Both the position numbers and the translations under genes were made by a program. DNA of 64,000 nucleotides from a virus (Duplodnaviria; Caudoviricetes): positions 3,323 to 67,322 of IMG/VR virus record IMGVR_UViG_3300027276_000193. The stretch is one strand, 5' to 3'. The notes below the pieces were generated by a model, which saw nothing but the letters and a program-made list of their open reading frames with translations, was not told the DNA's origin and ran no database searches. This document shows, one piece after another, positions 61,963 through 64,000 of this stretch. The number at the start of each line of letters is the position of its first letter. The stretch's first letter is position 1.

Positions 61963-61992
61963 AGGGTGGCGGAGCAGTCTGCCACCCTTTTC
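61963..61992 (+). terminator. Hairpin/terminator between SSB and DNA polymerase
   Basis: AGGGTGGC...GCCACCCT-TTT. Confidence 0.65.
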
Positions 61993-62011
61993 TCTCTATG
62001 GGGGTGTATAT

Positions 62012-64000
62012 GTGAAAAACATCAGTATCGATATCGAAACCTTCAGCAGCGTGGATCTGACGAGGTGCGGTGTATATAAGTACGCGGAATCACCGGACTT
62101 TCAGATCCTGCTGTTTGGCTATTCTGTGGACGGCGGTGAGGTTCAGGTGATTGACCTGGCTTCTGGGGAAAGCATTCCGGAGGATGTGCTGGCTGCACTG
62201 ACAGATGATGATGTGACAAAATGGGCATTCAACGCGAATTTTGAGCGGGTGTGCCTGTCCCGGCATCTGGCTGATCTAGGCCTTTCTCTTGATCCTTTTC
62301 ATGACAAACATCCATTATCGACGGCCTGCGCCAGCTTCCTGAATCCTGCCGGATGGCGCTGCACCATGGTGTGGTCGGCATATCTTGGCCTGCCGCTATC
62401 CCTGGCCGGAGCAGGCGCAGTGTTGGGCTTGGACAAGCAGAAAATGGCAGAGGGCAAAGACCTGATCCGATATTTCTGCCAGCCCTGTGCCCCGAGCAAA
62501 ACCAATGGAGGCCGCACCCGTAACCTGCCATCGCATGACAGGCAAAAATGGGAAACCTTCAAGGCGTACAACATCCGTGACGTGGAAACCGAAATGGCAA
62601 TCCAACACAGACTGCGGAACTATCCCGTCCCTGAGCAGGTGTGGGATCAGTACCATCAGGATCAGGAGATCAACGACAGAGGCATCGCGCTGGACATGGA
62701 ACTGGTGGAAAATGCGATCCAAATGGATACGCAATCCCGGAATGAACTGACCGCAGCCATTCAGCGTTTAACCGCCCTGGAGAATCCCAACAGCGTCCAG
62801 CAGATGAAGGCCTGGTTGGCAGACAACGGACTGGAAACAGAGACCCTTGGTAAGAAGGCCGTTGCGGAATTGCTGCAGGATTGCCCGCCGGAGCTACGGG
62901 AGGTGTTGCTTCTCCGCCAGCAGCTGGCGAAAAGCAGCGTGAAAAAGTACATTGCCATGAAGAATGCAGTGTGCGCCGATGGCCGCGCCCGAGGCATGTT
63001 TATGTTCTACGGCGCGAATCGGACAGGCAGATTCAGTGGCAGGCTGATCCAGCTGCAGAATTTGCCGCAGAACAAAATGCCGGATCTTGGAGTGGCAAGG
63101 GAGCTGGTGCGCAGCGGAGATTACGAGCAGGTAAAGCTTCTGTATGACGATGTGCCGGATACCCTGAGTCAGTTGATCCGCACAGCATTTATTCCGGCAC
63201 CGGGATACAAATTCGTCGTCAGCGATTTTGCGGCCATCGAGGCTCGCGTGATCGCCTGGCTTGCCGGAGAAGCCTGGCGGCAGAAGGTGTTCCTGGAGGG
63301 CGGTGACATTTATTGTGCGAGCGCGTCGGCCATGTTTCATGTGCCGGTTGTGAAGCACGGTATAAACGGACATCTTCGCCAGCGCGGCAAGGTCGCGGAA
63401 TTGGCTCTCGGCTACGGCGGCAGCGTCGGCGCTCTGAAAGCCATGGGCGCTCTGGAAATGGGCGTACCGGAGGAGGAATTGAAGCCGCTGGTGGACGCGT
63501 GGCGGGAATCCAATCCAAATATCGTCCACCTCTGGTGGGACGTGGACAAGGCGGTCATGGAGGCTGTCATTGACAAAAGCGAAACGGAAACCCATGGAAT
63601 CAGGTTCACCTGCAGCAGCGGGATGCTGTTCATCACGCTCCCATCCGGGCGTAGGCTCAGCTACGTCAAGCCACAGATCGGCACCAACCAGTTCGGTGGC
63701 GATGCCATCACCTATATGGGCATCGGAAGTACGAAAAAATGGGAACGGTTGGAATCTTACGGCCCCAAATTCTGCGAAAACATCGTGCAAGCAATCAGTC
63801 GGGATATCTTGTGCTACGCTATGCAGACACTTCGCACCAGCCGGATCGTGGCGCATGTACATGATGAGCTGATTATCGAATGCCCGCCGGAGGTCTCCCT
63901 GCAGGCGGTTTCGGATCAGATGGGCCGGACACCGCCGTGGGCTCCGGGCTTGGTGCTGCGGGCAGATGGCGATGAGATGGCGTATTATCAGAAGGCATAA
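62012..64000 (+). CDS. Phage DNA polymerase (family A)
   Basis: IDIETFS exonuclease I, SDFAAIEAR motif A, RQRGKVAELALGYGG motif B, HVHDEL motif C; ends TAA at 64000. Confidence 0.95.
   Translation: MKNISIDIETFSSVDLTRCGVYKYAESPDFQILLFGYSVDGGEVQVIDLASGESIPEDVLAALTDDDVTKWAFNANFERVCLSRHLADLGLSLDPFHDKHPLSTACASFLNPAGWRCTMVWSAYLGLPLSLAGAGAVLGLDKQKMAEGKDLIRYFCQPCAPSKTNGGRTRNLPSHDRQKWETFKAYNIRDVETEMAIQHRLRNYPVPEQVWDQYHQDQEINDRGIALDMELVENAIQMDTQSRNELTAAIQRLTALENPNSVQQMKAWLADNGLETETLGKKAVAELLQDCPPELREVLLLRQQLAKSSVKKYIAMKNAVCADGRARGMFMFYGANRTGRFSGRLIQLQNLPQNKMPDLGVARELVRSGDYEQVKLLYDDVPDTLSQLIRTAFIPAPGYKFVVSDFAAIEARVIAWLAGEAWRQKVFLEGGDIYCASASAMFHVPVVKHGINGHLRQRGKVAELALGYGGSVGALKAMGALEMGVPEEELKPLVDAWRESNPNIVHLWWDVDKAVMEAVIDKSETETHGIRFTCSSGMLFITLPSGRRLSYVKPQIGTNQFGGDAITYMGIGSTKKWERLESYGPKFCENIVQAISRDILCYAMQTLRTSRIVAHVHDELIIECPPEVSLQAVSDQMGRTPPWAPGLVLRADGDEMAYYQKA

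Larger units (their letters stand above)
1..64000. mobile_element. Temperate prophage (siphovirus morphotype), both ends outside the window
   Basis: Complete set of terminase, portal, Clp protease, HK97 capsid, connectors, tail, tape measure, holin/endolysin, primase/helicase/PolA and serine recombinase genes; no host housekeeping genes seen. Confidence 0.96.

Noticed and set aside
1-64000. tRNA, rRNA, attL/attR and a CI-type immunity region
   Set aside because: None recognisable by eye; the prophage ends and probably the repressor lie outside the window

Overview
The whole window is the interior of a temperate siphovirus-type prophage from a high-GC Clostridia-like host (AGGAGG Shine-Dalgarno sites, HK97-type head, phi13-type tail, A-family DNA polymerase). 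The main phage genes run on the minus strand from replication/late control (54-59.6 kb) through DNA methylase, terminase, head, tail and lysis (42.2-12.9 kb) to the integration module (serine recombinase running off the left edge). A DUF2800-DUF2815-PolA arm is transcribed divergently (59.8-64 kb). Accessory load is heavy. Between lysis and integration lie about 11 kb of cargo: a second large serine recombinase with three paralogous beta-domains, a catalytically atypical Fic protein with four wHTH-like repeats, an AcrVA2/FinQ-like protein and a CtsR-box Hsp20. Morons interrupt the structural operon (ars cluster, SAM methyltransferase, radical-SAM mobile pair, DUF4314). The most unusual parts are (i) two tandem cassettes, each a signal-less peptidoglycan hydrolase behind a 182-bp copy of the putative late promoter, converging on a secreted double-SH3 protein (candidate lytic effector/immunity pairs), and (ii) a 43.7-47 kb block next to the cos-like site carrying at least 17 same-strand copies of an 11-bp motif (GCTTTCAAATC-like), both in the leaders of small ORFs and inside coding sequence. 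All family assignments come from motif recognition by eye; no database searches were run.
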